The notes below the pieces were generated by a model, which saw only the letters and a program-made list of their open reading frames with translations, did no database searches and was not told the DNA's origin. Below, piece by piece: positions 41,680-51,277 of a DNA stretch of 64,000 nucleotides. Position 1 is the stretch's first letter, and each line of letters opens with the position of its first letter. The position numbers and the translations under genes were made by a program. The stretch is from Nitrosopumilus sp. (GTDB lineage: Archaea; Thermoproteota; Nitrososphaeria; Nitrososphaerales; Nitrosopumilaceae), in NCBI GenBank assembly GCA_963667665.2, contig OY763927.2, positions 1,728,001 through 1,792,000 of the forward strand. Direction: 5' to 3'.

Positions 41680-41705
41680 GATTGTAAAAGAATGGTTCTA
41701 GATGT

Positions 41706-42317
41706 TTATGCTTCAAGTAATTTTGTTTCTTTGTCTGCGGTTCTGATGAGTTTTACTTTCTCAAGACCTACATGTCTTACTCTGATAACTTTCTTGAATG
41801 CTGCCATAATATCTGAATTTATTTTACTGTAACAAGTAGCTTGGACAAATTGATCAATTGTCATTTCTGGAACTGTCTTGTTAATTACGTCTCTAACAAT
41901 TAATCGAAGAGCATGTTGTCTAGATGTGTTTAATTGTCTATGGGTTAGAGCAATTACTTTTACTCTAAAGATGTATCCATCTTTTGTTTTGATATCCATA
42001 ATAAAATTAATTTTTGATGAACCACGTCTAACTAAACTACGCAAAAATTCTTTTGAATATTCAAATCTCTTGAAAATTGTTGATGCTTTTTCGCCATCAA
42101 CCTTGTCAATCTGAAAATACATTTTGTATTGGTGCTGTGAGGGATCTCCTTTTAGAATATCGTAAAGTGTTACTTCTAAAACCCTACCTACTGCATTTTC
42201 ATCATCTGTAATTGGAACATAAGCAATTGGGACAACGTTAAATGATTCTGGAGCATTTACTGTAACCCAGCGTTTTTCTCTCCACTTGTCTTTAGTACGA
42301 CCTTTTCTACGTGCCAA
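41706..42317 (-). CDS. rps3ae: 30S ribosomal protein S3Ae (eS1)
   Basis: KDKWREKRW, GRVLEVTL, LRSLVRRGSSK, TKDGY. Confidence 0.95.
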   Translation of the reverse strand: MARRKGRTKDKWREKRWVTVNAPESFNVVPIAYVPITDDENAVGRVLEVTLYDILKGDPSQHQYKMYFQIDKVDGEKASTIFKRFEYSKEFLRSLVRRGSSKINFIMDIKTKDGYIFRVKVIALTHRQLNTSRQHALRLIVRDVINKTVPEMTIDQFVQATCYSKINSDIMAAFKKVIRVRHVGLEKVKLIRTADKETKLLEA

Positions 42318-42357
42318 TTATTATCGACCTTTAAATCCAAAATATAAGGGTATGTTA

Positions 42358-43623
42358 CTAGATCTCTTTCTGATTTCCCATGTATCCCTGTAAAATTTGA
42401 GGAATTCTAATGTGTCCATCCTTTGTTTGAAAATTTTCCATTATGGATACTAAAACTCTAGTTGTAGCAACAAGAGTGCTGTTAAGTGTGTGGACATATT
42501 GTGTATCTTCATTTGTTTTATCCCTAAATCTGATCTTCAATCTTCTTGCTTGATAATCTAAACAGTTTGAGCATGAAACAATTTCTCTGTAGGCATTTTG
42601 TCCTGCCATCCATGCTTCAATATCATATGTCTTTGCTGAAACTTTTCCCATGTCTCCAGATGATAGAAGCATTACTTTATGTGGAATCTCTAATTTTTGA
42701 TAAAATTCTTCTGCAACTGTTAACATTTTTTCATGCTCATTCCAAGAGTCTTCTGGTCTTGAAAATACAAACTGTTCAATTTTATCAAATTGATGTACTC
42801 TGAAAATTCCTTTTTGGTCTCTTCCATGTGCACCTGCTTCTTTTCTAAAACATGGGCTGATACCTGCATATCTTATAGGTAATTCTTTTCCTTCAATAAT
42901 CTCTTTTGAGAGCATTGCTGCCATAGCATGTTCAGATGTTCCAATCATGTAGAGATCTTCATCTTCGACCTTGTAGATTACATCTTCAAAATCATCAGCA
43001 ATCACTGCTCCCTCCATTGACTCTCGATTAATCATGTAAGGTGGTTGAACAAGTGAATATTCTTTTTGTGAAAGAAAATCTAATGCATAGTGAATTAGTG
43101 ATTGATTTAATCTTACAAGATCATTTTTTAGAAAATAAAATCTGGCTCCTGCAACTTTTGCTGCTCTTTCCAAGTCAACCAAATCTAAATTTTCAGAAAT
43201 ATCAATATGATCACTTATTTTAAAATCAAAATTTGGTATACTTCCCCATTTTCTTATTTCTTTGTTAGCAGTTTCATCTATCCCAATTGGAACTGATTTA
43301 TGAACAAGATTTGGAATTGTTAGCGCCAATCTAGAATACGTATTTTCAATAGTTTCTTGTTCTGATTCTAATTTAGCAAGCTCAGCTGAGACATTTTTCA
43401 TCTGATCTAAAATTGATGATGCATCTTCACCTGCTTTCTTTTTTTGCGAAATTTCTAAAGCCACTTGATTTTTCTTTTTTCTTAATTCATCAGTTTTAAT
43501 TATAAATTCCCGTCTTTTTTGATCAAATTCTATTAATGCATCTAAATCAAAATCTACATCTCTTGCTTTGAGCATGTCTCGAATAATCTGTGGTTTTTCT
43601 TTGATTAATTTAGGATCTAACAT
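42358..43623 (-). CDS. serS: Serine--tRNA ligase
   Basis: GTSE, FRKEAG, RVHQFDKIEQF, EIVSCSNC, HTLNST. Confidence 0.97.
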   Translation of the reverse strand: MLDPKLIKEKPQIIRDMLKARDVDFDLDALIEFDQKRREFIIKTDELRKKKNQVALEISQKKKAGEDASSILDQMKNVSAELAKLESEQETIENTYSRLALTIPNLVHKSVPIGIDETANKEIRKWGSIPNFDFKISDHIDISENLDLVDLERAAKVAGARFYFLKNDLVRLNQSLIHYALDFLSQKEYSLVQPPYMINRESMEGAVIADDFEDVIYKVEDEDLYMIGTSEHAMAAMLSKEIIEGKELPIRYAGISPCFRKEAGAHGRDQKGIFRVHQFDKIEQFVFSRPEDSWNEHEKMLTVAEEFYQKLEIPHKVMLLSSGDMGKVSAKTYDIEAWMAGQNAYREIVSCSNCLDYQARRLKIRFRDKTNEDTQYVHTLNSTLVATTRVLVSIMENFQTKDGHIRIPQILQGYMGNQKEI

Positions 43624-43865
43624 TACTCAATCACCTTTAATGCAACCTGGACATGCTCTAATACTTCATCAATCGTTCCAATAAGTTGTTTCATGTTATC
43701 CTTACTTTCAAAATTAAAAACTAGTTTGTTATCAATATTTTCAACATAAAGACTCAATCCTTCTGGGAAATTTACATTATCAGGTTCTAGCGCTTTTTTG
43801 ACAGTTTCTGCTTTTTCTTTTGATATGTTATTGAGAACTACCTGAACTTGACACGTTAACGACAT
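43623..43865 (-). CDS. pcc1: KEOPS subunit Pcc1
   Basis: 80 aa with ALEPDN motif in conserved rps15-recJ-pcc1-serS-rps3ae order. Confidence 0.8.
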   Translation of the reverse strand: MSLTCQVQVVLNNISKEKAETVKKALEPDNVNFPEGLSLYVENIDNKLVFNFESKDNMKQLIGTIDEVLEHVQVALKVIE

Positions 43866-45249
43866 TTACTTCCAAATACTTTAGAAATTCATCCAATTTG
43901 TCTTTAGTTATTTTTGCTCCTGCGGCTGCATTGTGACCTCCTCCAACACCATCAACTTTCTTAGCACCCGTTCTCATTAATTCACTGAGATTAATGTCAG
44001 ATTTGCAACTAAAGGATTTTCTTGATGAAAACTTTATCGTATTTTCTTCAGCCTTGGTTCTCAAAATTACAATTTTTCCAGCATTTTTTGGAGATCCTGC
44101 AATCAATGATGAAATAGTTCCAGTCATTGTCTCAGGTACTATATCTTCACCATTCACCATTACACAAGTTTCGGTTTCTGAAATTCTCCATCTTTCATTT
44201 GATAAAATATTCATGTATTCTCTAATCTTTTTTCTATATTCTGTTAGAATGGTTTCACCCTCTCTTAGAATTTTATTTCTATCTCCCATACATATTGCCA
44301 TTCCAACACCCGAATGACTAATTCTCCCACATGAGTTTAGCATAGTTGAAAATTCCCTTCCATCTCGCAAGAAACTTCTCTTGTCCTCTCTTGGAAATGT
44401 ATAGGTATATCCAATTAATTCTGACATGATTTCAGTAGCGTTTTTTCCAGAAGTAAATTTAGTAATTGATTCAATTACTAGTCTTTTTTCTTCCTCATTT
44501 AGCTCTGCTGGAACTCTCCATCTTCCTTCATCTTTTAACTGAATTCCTGATGAATTAAGAAGAGAAAGACATGCATCTCTATTCCATGTTAAACCTTCGA
44601 TAAATGGCTGTGAGGTAAATGCTAAAGCATCCGGAAGTGGTCTAGTTTCTCTTCCAACTAATAATAAATCCAAATCAATATCTACTAAACCCTGTTCTTT
44701 GGCAATATTGGCAATCTCAAAATTCTTACCTGTAAATGATTTTCTTTCTCCTTGATCTTGTCTATCCCCTAATGCAGAAACAACTGCGATAGCTGACAAA
44801 TCTGAATTTTTCTCATCTAGTGCCATTGATGCAAGATATGCCATTCCACCTGCACAAATTTCAACTCCTCCATCAATTCCATATTTCCAAGCATTGATGA
44901 CATTTTGATTGTCTAACTCTTCTTCTGGAATTTGGTGATGATCTAAAATCACCCAATTATCTCCTAAGGATTCGTTTAGATCTTTTGCAAAACCTCCTCC
45001 TAGATCTGTCACTATGTGAAAATCTCGAGAATCTGTTTTGAAAGATTCTACTACTTTTTTATTAAATTCTTTTGATGTTCTAACAGTACATTTGGCACCT
45101 GCTCTGATTAGAGCTTTGGTAATAATACTTCCAGATGAAAGTCCATCACAATCAATATGGGTTGTGACAAAAATTGATTTTTTAGACTTTATACAATCTG
45201 AAATTTTATCTTTGAAAAATGAAAGTGACTCATCAAGTGATTTTGTCAT
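43828..45249 (-). CDS. DHH/DHHA1 RecJ-like nuclease
   Basis: HIDCDG, TDLG, LDHH, GDRQD, GGGHNAAAG. Confidence 0.9.
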   Translation of the reverse strand: MTKSLDESLSFFKDKISDCIKSKKSIFVTTHIDCDGLSSGSIITKALIRAGAKCTVRTSKEFNKKVVESFKTDSRDFHIVTDLGGGFAKDLNESLGDNWVILDHHQIPEEELDNQNVINAWKYGIDGGVEICAGGMAYLASMALDEKNSDLSAIAVVSALGDRQDQGERKSFTGKNFEIANIAKEQGLVDIDLDLLLVGRETRPLPDALAFTSQPFIEGLTWNRDACLSLLNSSGIQLKDEGRWRVPAELNEEEKRLVIESITKFTSGKNATEIMSELIGYTYTFPREDKRSFLRDGREFSTMLNSCGRISHSGVGMAICMGDRNKILREGETILTEYRKKIREYMNILSNERWRISETETCVMVNGEDIVPETMTGTISSLIAGSPKNAGKIVILRTKAEENTIKFSSRKSFSCKSDINLSELMRTGAKKVDGVGGGHNAAAGAKITKDKLDEFLKYLEVNVVNVSSSGSSQ

Positions 45250-45698
45250 TACTCTAATTGAGCAACTACGGATTTATATTTCCAGGTTTTAGGAATTCTT
45301 TCTATTCTTTTGTAGTAAACAGATAGTCTGTGAACTTTGGCTTCAATTAATTCCAAAGATCTAACATTTCTATTATCTCCCTTGTTTACTTTGAGGTGTT
45401 TTTGAAGACCTACTGCTCTTTTAACAATATTTTCAAGATCTTCTGGCATTTCTGCTTTCAAATCATTTTCTTCTAGAATCTCACCAATACTTTTTTTGGT
45501 AATTGATTTGATTAGAGGAATTGCGTGTTGATCTCTTAATTTATTTCCAATTTGACTAGGAGTTAATCCCTCTTTTGTGTATTTTACAACTAATTCTTCA
45601 ATTTCTTTGGAACTTAATGTTACCCAAGAAGGTGCACGTAGTGTTACTGGTCTAATAGAATGTGATTTCCCATGTCTATGTGTGTGCATTCGTCCCAT
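45249..45698 (-). CDS. rps15: 30S ribosomal protein S15 (uS15)
   Basis: MGRMH, PSQIGNKLRD, PEDL, LIEAKVHRL. Confidence 0.97.
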   Translation of the reverse strand: MGRMHTHRHGKSHSIRPVTLRAPSWVTLSSKEIEELVVKYTKEGLTPSQIGNKLRDQHAIPLIKSITKKSIGEILEENDLKAEMPEDLENIVKRAVGLQKHLKVNKGDNRNVRSLELIEAKVHRLSVYYKRIERIPKTWKYKSVVAQLE

Positions 45699-45823
45699 GA
45701 TTCAGCTGTTTAAAGAACAAAATTAAACGTTACTTATACTGATCTCGTACATTATGTAGAAAATTGGAGTTCAGAATAAAAGTTAAATAAGTCTCTGGCT
45801 TCAAAACGAACAGGTAAATCAAT

Positions 45824-46156
45824 ATGAATACAAAAGTACTTTTCGCAGCAATGTTAGTTGCTGTATTCACCATGGGTTACTATGCAGATAATTCAGTAGC
45901 ATTTGCACAATACATGGGTAGCGTTGGTTCAGGTGGCGAAACTGGAACATACACACTAGAAGAAGCACTAGAACTACAACGTCGAAGAATTGAATCTGTT
46001 GAAACAAATCCGGGAGCTGGTTCAGGAACTCCAGTTCTTAGTGCAGATGGTGTATTTGGCGCTGCTGCAATTTCAGCTGCAATCTTTGGTGGTATGGCCG
46101 GAGCATTATTCCTTAGAGGAAGATCTGGCAAATACGCAGCAATGGGTAGAGGATAA
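45824..46156 (+). CDS. amoZ: Probable ammonia monooxygenase accessory subunit AmoZ
   Basis: Signal peptide (AFA), short external helix, C-terminal TM; lies between rps15 and amoB. Name rests on recalled synteny and topology only. Confidence 0.6.
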   Translation: MNTKVLFAAMLVAVFTMGYYADNSVAFAQYMGSVGSGGETGTYTLEEALELQRRRIESVETNPGAGSGTPVLSADGVFGAAAISAAIFGGMAGALFLRGRSGKYAAMGRG

Positions 46157-46263
46157 TCTATCACTTTTCTCTTTATTTTATTAGTCATCTTTAGTGTAAA
46201 CTGATCTCGTATTTTGTGATCCTAAAAGAAATGTATATATCGCACAAATAGAGCCAAAATATT

Positions 46264-46533
46264 ATGATTCCTATCGTAGGTACTTTTCTTAGCATTCTGT
46301 CATCAATTACAGGACAACTAGGACCAAACTATGATCCATTATTTTATGATGTAATGATTTACATCTTCGGAACCATAATGTTCACAGTATTCCTTCTTGG
46401 AATTATTTCATTCTGGTTACGTGTACACGGCTGGGCTTACAAAGACAACCGTGAGAGATGGGTCGACGAATTGGACAGACACTTTGAAAGAGAAGGTATT
46501 GGTCTGATTCCAGACAACGGTAAATACTGGTAA
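46264..46533 (+). CDS. amoY: Probable ammonia monooxygenase accessory subunit AmoY
   Basis: Single TM small protein next to the amoZ candidate; name from recalled synteny and topology. Confidence 0.6.
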   Translation: MIPIVGTFLSILSSITGQLGPNYDPLFYDVMIYIFGTIMFTVFLLGIISFWLRVHGWAYKDNRERWVDELDRHFEREGIGLIPDNGKYW

Positions 46534-46632
46534 AAGCCCTTTTCCTCTTTTCATTATTTTTAGAATCTATTAGTTGAATATTCGTTAATTTAATTTTCTA
46601 AAAAACTTAATTTTTTACAAAGTCCAAAATTT

Positions 46633-47157
46633 CTAATTTTCTGGTGGAAGGAAGTCACTGTCTTTGGATTCATCATATGCCTTTGAGGTAAATATTCCCT
46701 TGTAGTGATATCCATCTTGTAATGGATGATTAATGAAATGAGGTGATTCTTCATCATTGACATACATTATTGATTTACTCGGATCCATGTCTCTTAGAGG
46801 AAAATCCCACATCCACAAAAAGTGGCCTATCTGAAATGGATATTCTTCTTCCCATTCTGCATAAATTGTTCCATCATTAGTTAACGTATACATGGTTCTA
46901 TGACATTCACCATCTGTCAATCCAATGTTAGCTGGAATGTCTGCTTTCTTACCATCAATTATCAACTCCAAAGTTGCTTTGATTTTGTATGGAGTTTCTT
47001 TATCATTAATACAAACTTTGAGAGGATTATCTTGGTTAAGTTGACCTTGAACCAGAGTACTTCCCAAACCTATTACTATTGCGATAATTGCAGTGATTGC
47101 TAGAAACTTTAGTGTCTTCTTACGTTTTGTAGGATCACCCATTCCAGGCCAAATCAT
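46633..47157 (-). CDS. Membrane-anchored hypothetical protein downstream of amoB
   Basis: N-terminal TM; IPANIG...CHRTMYT...DGTIY external domain with two Cys. Confidence 0.75.
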   Translation of the reverse strand: MIWPGMGDPTKRKKTLKFLAITAIIAIVIGLGSTLVQGQLNQDNPLKVCINDKETPYKIKATLELIIDGKKADIPANIGLTDGECHRTMYTLTNDGTIYAEWEEEYPFQIGHFLWMWDFPLRDMDPSKSIMYVNDEESPHFINHPLQDGYHYKGIFTSKAYDESKDSDFLPPEN

Positions 47158-47303
47158 AGTGATGAATTTGGATGGATTCCTTAAAGTCCTTTCTCTTACA
47201 TGATATTTGGTATAATTATTTGGTCTTGATTTTCTTTAATAAAAAATAATTTGATAAATTATGATAATCATAATGATTACTTAGAAAATGAAAAGTGGGT
47301 TGG

Positions 47304-47873
47304 TTAAATTACTTGCCAGGGTCGTGTTGCAAACGTGATTACATATCCGACACCAATTATGATTGATTGGTATGCGATGTTGGTATATGGAATTGGTTTG
47401 ATTATTGGCTCCCCTTCAACGACAACTGTTTGACCTGGACCAAGTCCTGGACCTACTGATGCTACATTGAGTTGGGTGTGTACGTGATATACACCTTCTT
47501 CAAGTGCTTTTGCAGATAGTGTATATTCAAGGACAGCATTTCCTGGCATGTCAAAGACATTTCCTGGTGGGTCTCTTGCTAACATCTCCCATCTGTTTCC
47601 AGCATTAGTAGATTCTGAGAAAATGGATAACCATCCTCTTAGGTCTCTTTCTACAAGACTGACTAGAGTTCCTTGAAGTGTCAAGGTTTCGCCAGTTTGT
47701 AGGGATTGTCTGTTAAAGGTTTCATCTTCTATTCTGATGAAACGACTCTGAAGTTGTGCTTGGACACCGTGTGCATCTGCAGTTGGAAGAATGGATTCAA
47801 CCCAGTTGAAACCTAATGTTCCTAGGGCAAGTACAACAGCTAGTCCAAATACGAGAATCTTTTTTTCGACCAT
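47304..47873 (-). CDS. amoB: Ammonia monooxygenase subunit B
   Basis: ADA-HGVQAQLQSRF N-terminal His, YHVHTQL, ATRPWQVI. Confidence 0.97.
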   Translation of the reverse strand: MVEKKILVFGLAVVLALGTLGFNWVESILPTADAHGVQAQLQSRFIRIEDETFNRQSLQTGETLTLQGTLVSLVERDLRGWLSIFSESTNAGNRWEMLARDPPGNVFDMPGNAVLEYTLSAKALEEGVYHVHTQLNVASVGPGLGPGQTVVVEGEPIIKPIPYTNIAYQSIIIGVGYVITFATRPWQVI

Positions 47874-47951
47874 ATTTATCCCTAATATTCAGAAAGACAG
47901 TGCACGTCGTTATATGTTTTACCTTCATAATGAGGATCGATATTCAATCGA

Positions 47952-47973
47952 TGTTAATCATTAATGATTAACA
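47952..47973. promoter_or_regulatory. Perfect 22-bp palindrome in divergent amoB/amoC promoter region
   Basis: TGTTAATCATT-AATGATTAACA. Confidence 0.6.
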
Positions 47974-48115
47974 ACCAAAATGGTAAAAAAACATTAAAAT
48001 TATTTCAATTTATATATTTTAAAATTAATTATTTTGAAAATTTTTCAAATATCTTACTAATAATTTCATAAAAATTTGCTTCTCCCAAATCTGTTACTTT
48101 ATATTCTGAATTTAC

Positions 48116-48691
48116 ATGATTAATACTATGGCACAGATGCCCGCATTAATCCCAAAAGAAGTTGAGATTCAGAGACTAAAGAAAGTCTGGCTCATCGTTA
48201 TTGCTATGGGATCTACTGCAGCATCAGTCGAAGTAGATAACTTCGTTGATGGTTCTCTACATCAGACTTCTATCAGAGATAGTGCATTTACTCCAGCACA
48301 CTGGTGGTTATATTCCCACTTCATCACATTACCACTTGGATGGGGAGCAGCAGCAATCTATGATAGAAAAATACCAATTCTTAGAGGTCCAAATAATTCA
48401 ATGAACACAGGTTTGAAGATGACCATTCTTGGTTACCTTGCAACTATGTTTACAATTGGAGTCAATGAGATGTGGCATTTCTGGTTTGTAGAAGAAATAT
48501 TTGCGGTTCCAAATCACTGGATGTTTAACATGGGTGTAGTAGTTGCATTCATGGGTGCACTTGCATACGTAGTCAGAGTATATGCTAGACTCGTAGAACT
48601 AGGTGCAGAGACTCCAGGTGAGAATCCGTATATTGCAGAGATGTACAAGATGGCCTTAGAAGGCAAATTGTACAGCAGATCAATTCCATAG
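48116..48691 (+). CDS. amoC: Ammonia monooxygenase subunit C
   Basis: MAQMPALIPKE, DGSLHQTSIRDSAFTPAH, NEMWHFWF. Confidence 0.97.
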   Translation: MINTMAQMPALIPKEVEIQRLKKVWLIVIAMGSTAASVEVDNFVDGSLHQTSIRDSAFTPAHWWLYSHFITLPLGWGAAAIYDRKIPILRGPNNSMNTGLKMTILGYLATMFTIGVNEMWHFWFVEEIFAVPNHWMFNMGVVVAFMGALAYVVRVYARLVELGAETPGENPYIAEMYKMALEGKLYSRSIP

Positions 48692-48809
48692 ACACAAAGT
48701 GCAATAGCACACTTTTTTCTATTTTTATTATTTTGATATAATCTAGATCGTATTACAACCGGCAGCCTAAGAAAGATTTAAAAGGATTCTGCATCAGAAT
48801 AAATTCATA

Positions 48810-49172
48810 ATGACTCTTCCTAAAGGATTCGGTTCTGGCGGCGGTGGCGGAGCATCAAGCGCTGACGTAGAACGAATGATTGGACGACGTGTAGAAAATA
48901 TGACCGGTATGATTACTATTTCATTCTGGGCAGCAATTTTGGCAACAGCAGCTGGAACAGCAGCAGGATATTTCTATTATCCATGGGCATATCCAACAGC
49001 AAGTGGTCACTTTGCATTTATCGTACTCGCAATCATTGAGGCAATAGGTTACATCTTCTGTGTTAAAGTCATGGAAGAAGGATCCAACAAGAATAGTAAT
49101 GGTATAGTTGGCGGTAGTATTGGTGGTGCAATTGTATTCGTACTCTTCGTATCAATGTACGTTGGATGGTAA
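48810..49172 (+). CDS. amoX: Ammonia monooxygenase subunit X
   Basis: Multi-TM 120 aa between amoC and amoA; YYPWAYP. Confidence 0.9.
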   Translation: MTLPKGFGSGGGGGASSADVERMIGRRVENMTGMITISFWAAILATAAGTAAGYFYYPWAYPTASGHFAFIVLAIIEAIGYIFCVKVMEEGSNKNSNGIVGGSIGGAIVFVLFVSMYVGW

Positions 49173-49283
49173 CTAGAAGGAAATTCCTTCAGTCACATTT
49201 CTTTTTTATTTTCCTTTAAAATTGATATATCGATCTGAATTACACTCAATAATTTTATATACTGACCCCTTATTCTACAGAAT

Positions 49284-49934
49284 ATGGTCTGGTTAAGACG
49301 ATGTACACACTACTTATTCATAGTAGTAGTTGCAGTTAACTCTACACTGTTAACAATTAATGCAGGAGACTACATTTTCTATACCGATTGGGCTTGGACT
49401 TCATTTACGGTATTTTCAATATCGCAAACGTTGATGCTTGTAGTAGGTGCATGTTATTACCTAACGTTTACAGGTGTTCCAGGTACAGCGACGTACTACG
49501 CTCTAATTATGACAGTATACACATGGGTAGCAAAAGGTGCATGGTTTTCCCTTGGATATCCATATGACTTCATTGTAACTCCAGTTTGGCTACCATCAGC
49601 AATGCTGTTGGACTTAGTTTACTGGGCAACAAAGAAGAACAAGCACTCCTTGATACTGTTCGGCGGCGTACTGGTAGGAATGTCATTACCGTTGTTCAAT
49701 ATGGTAAACCTGATAACAGTAGCAGACCCGCTTGAAACGGCGTTCAAATATCCGAGACCAACATTACCACCATACATGACACCGATAGAACCGCAGGTAG
49801 GAAAGTTCTATAACAGTCCAGTAGCGCTGGGTGCAGGTGCAGGTGCAGTATTGTCAGTCACTATGGCCGCATTGGGTGTTAAACTCAATACTTGGACATA
49901 CAGATGGATGGCCGCTTGGTCAAAGTGGGACTAA
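49284..49934 (+). CDS. amoA: Ammonia monooxygenase subunit A
   Basis: MVWLRRCTHY...TYRWMAAWSKWD, canonical 216-aa archaeal AmoA. Confidence 0.99.
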   Translation: MVWLRRCTHYLFIVVVAVNSTLLTINAGDYIFYTDWAWTSFTVFSISQTLMLVVGACYYLTFTGVPGTATYYALIMTVYTWVAKGAWFSLGYPYDFIVTPVWLPSAMLLDLVYWATKKNKHSLILFGGVLVGMSLPLFNMVNLITVADPLETAFKYPRPTLPPYMTPIEPQVGKFYNSPVALGAGAGAVLSVTMAALGVKLNTWTYRWMAAWSKWD

Positions 49935-50124
49935 AACCCAACCTCTTCATTTTATTATCTTACTTTAGAGTATTCTAAGCTTAAATTTTCATTTAGATTA
50001 TCAACCTAGATTTAGGGTAATTTACGAAATTTGTATTTAAGCTATTGTGTGACTAGGAAAAAATTAGTTCGGGATCAAATTATTTTATGTCTTTCAGTGA
50101 TAATGAATTTTACAATAATCATTA

Positions 50125-50985
50125 TTGAAACAGACCTATAGCCTAATTCATGGAACTCCAAAACCATTTGTAAAATGGGCAGGAGGAAAACGTCAACTAA
50201 TTCCAATTCTTAATGAAAGTTTACCTGAAACTTTTGGTACCTATTATGAGCCATTTCTAGGTGGAGGAGCATTATTGTTTCATATACTAACTGAGCGAAA
50301 TGGGCAAAAATGTAACATCTCTGATCTAAACTCTGACTTGGTATTGGCCTATACTACTATTCGAGATAGAATTGATGAACTGATTTCATCTCTCAAAAAC
50401 CATGAAAGAAATTATCAAAAAGATTCAAAATCTTACTATTACTCTGTTAGAGATACCAATCCTAGAAGTGAAATTGAAAAGACATCTCGATTACTCTTTT
50501 TGAATAGGACTTGTTTCAATGGATTGTATCGCGTTAATAGCAAAGGAAAATTTAACGTACCTCTAGGAAAATACACAAATCCAAATATTGTCAATGAGGA
50601 GAATCTTCATTCTGTTAGTGATATTTTCCAATCAAGTAGAGTTTCAATAAAATGCCGTGATTTTGAGGCAGTTCTACGAGATGCTAAAAAAGGAGATCTT
50701 GTATACTTTGATCCTCCATATCAACCAGTTAGCGAAACTGCTAATTTTACAAGTTACACAAACAAGAATTTCACATTTGAGGATTTGAGCAGACTATCAG
50801 AACTTTGTATGAAATTAGATTCAAAGGGATGTAGAGTTCTTTTATCAAATTCTGATTCAAAAGAAGTTGCAGATATGTTTTCAAAGAAACCATGGAAAAT
50901 AAGAAAGATTCAGGCTAATCGTTCAATTAACTCCAACTCTAAAAAGAGAACCGGACACTTTGAACTATTGATTAAAAATTATTAG
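50125..50985 (+). CDS. dam: Dam-family DNA adenine methyltransferase, no adjacent restriction enzyme
   Basis: KWAGGK, EPFLGGG, FNGLYRVN..G.FNVP.G, FDPPY. Confidence 0.92.
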   Translation: MKQTYSLIHGTPKPFVKWAGGKRQLIPILNESLPETFGTYYEPFLGGGALLFHILTERNGQKCNISDLNSDLVLAYTTIRDRIDELISSLKNHERNYQKDSKSYYYSVRDTNPRSEIEKTSRLLFLNRTCFNGLYRVNSKGKFNVPLGKYTNPNIVNEENLHSVSDIFQSSRVSIKCRDFEAVLRDAKKGDLVYFDPPYQPVSETANFTSYTNKNFTFEDLSRLSELCMKLDSKGCRVLLSNSDSKEVADMFSKKPWKIRKIQANRSINSNSKKRTGHFELLIKNY

Positions 50986-50986
50986 A

Positions 50987-51060
50987 AGCTTCGAACGGGA
51001 TCTGAACCCGTGACCTTTACATTACCAATGTAACGCTCTACCAGACTGAGCTACCGAAGC
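50987..51060 (-). tRNA. tRNA-Thr(GGT)
   Basis: GCTTCGG/TCGAAGC stem; TTACA-TT-GGT-AA-TGTAA. Confidence 0.95.
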
Positions 51061-51150
51061 ATGAATTTACGCTGTGGAAAATCCTTATAATTCTTCAGCC
51101 TTCTGCCCATCCTCTAAACTGTTAAATTTCACACAGATTTTTACTCTTTT

Positions 51151-51272
51151 GGAGGAGTAATCAAGCCTGGCCAAAGTAAGCACTTTGTGCTTTTGGACAT
51201 GCAGGACTTAAGATCAAATAATGGGTGATCCTGTCTTTCAGGAGTTCGCGGGTTCAAATCCCGCCTCCTCCA
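51151..51272 (+). tRNA. tRNA-Leu(TAA) with two introns (51177-51198, 51213-51227)
   Basis: GGAGGAG/CTCCTCC stem, discriminator A, long variable arm; removing both BHB-flanked inserts restores the D stem and CAGGA-CT-TAA-GA-TCCTG. Confidence 0.9.
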
Positions 51273-51277
51273 TTACT

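Noticed and set aside
45880-46188. Antisense 102-aa and frameshifted 64-aa ORFs over the amoZ candidate
   Set aside because: The + strand gene has signal peptide, TM, promoter and terminator
50125-51060. dam as cargo of an element integrated at tRNA-Thr
   Set aside because: No integrase, no duplicated tRNA-Thr end found, composition like neighbours
51151-51272. tRNA-Ser or pseudo-tRNA reading
   Set aside because: After intron removal the anticodon is TAA, discriminator A, all arms pair
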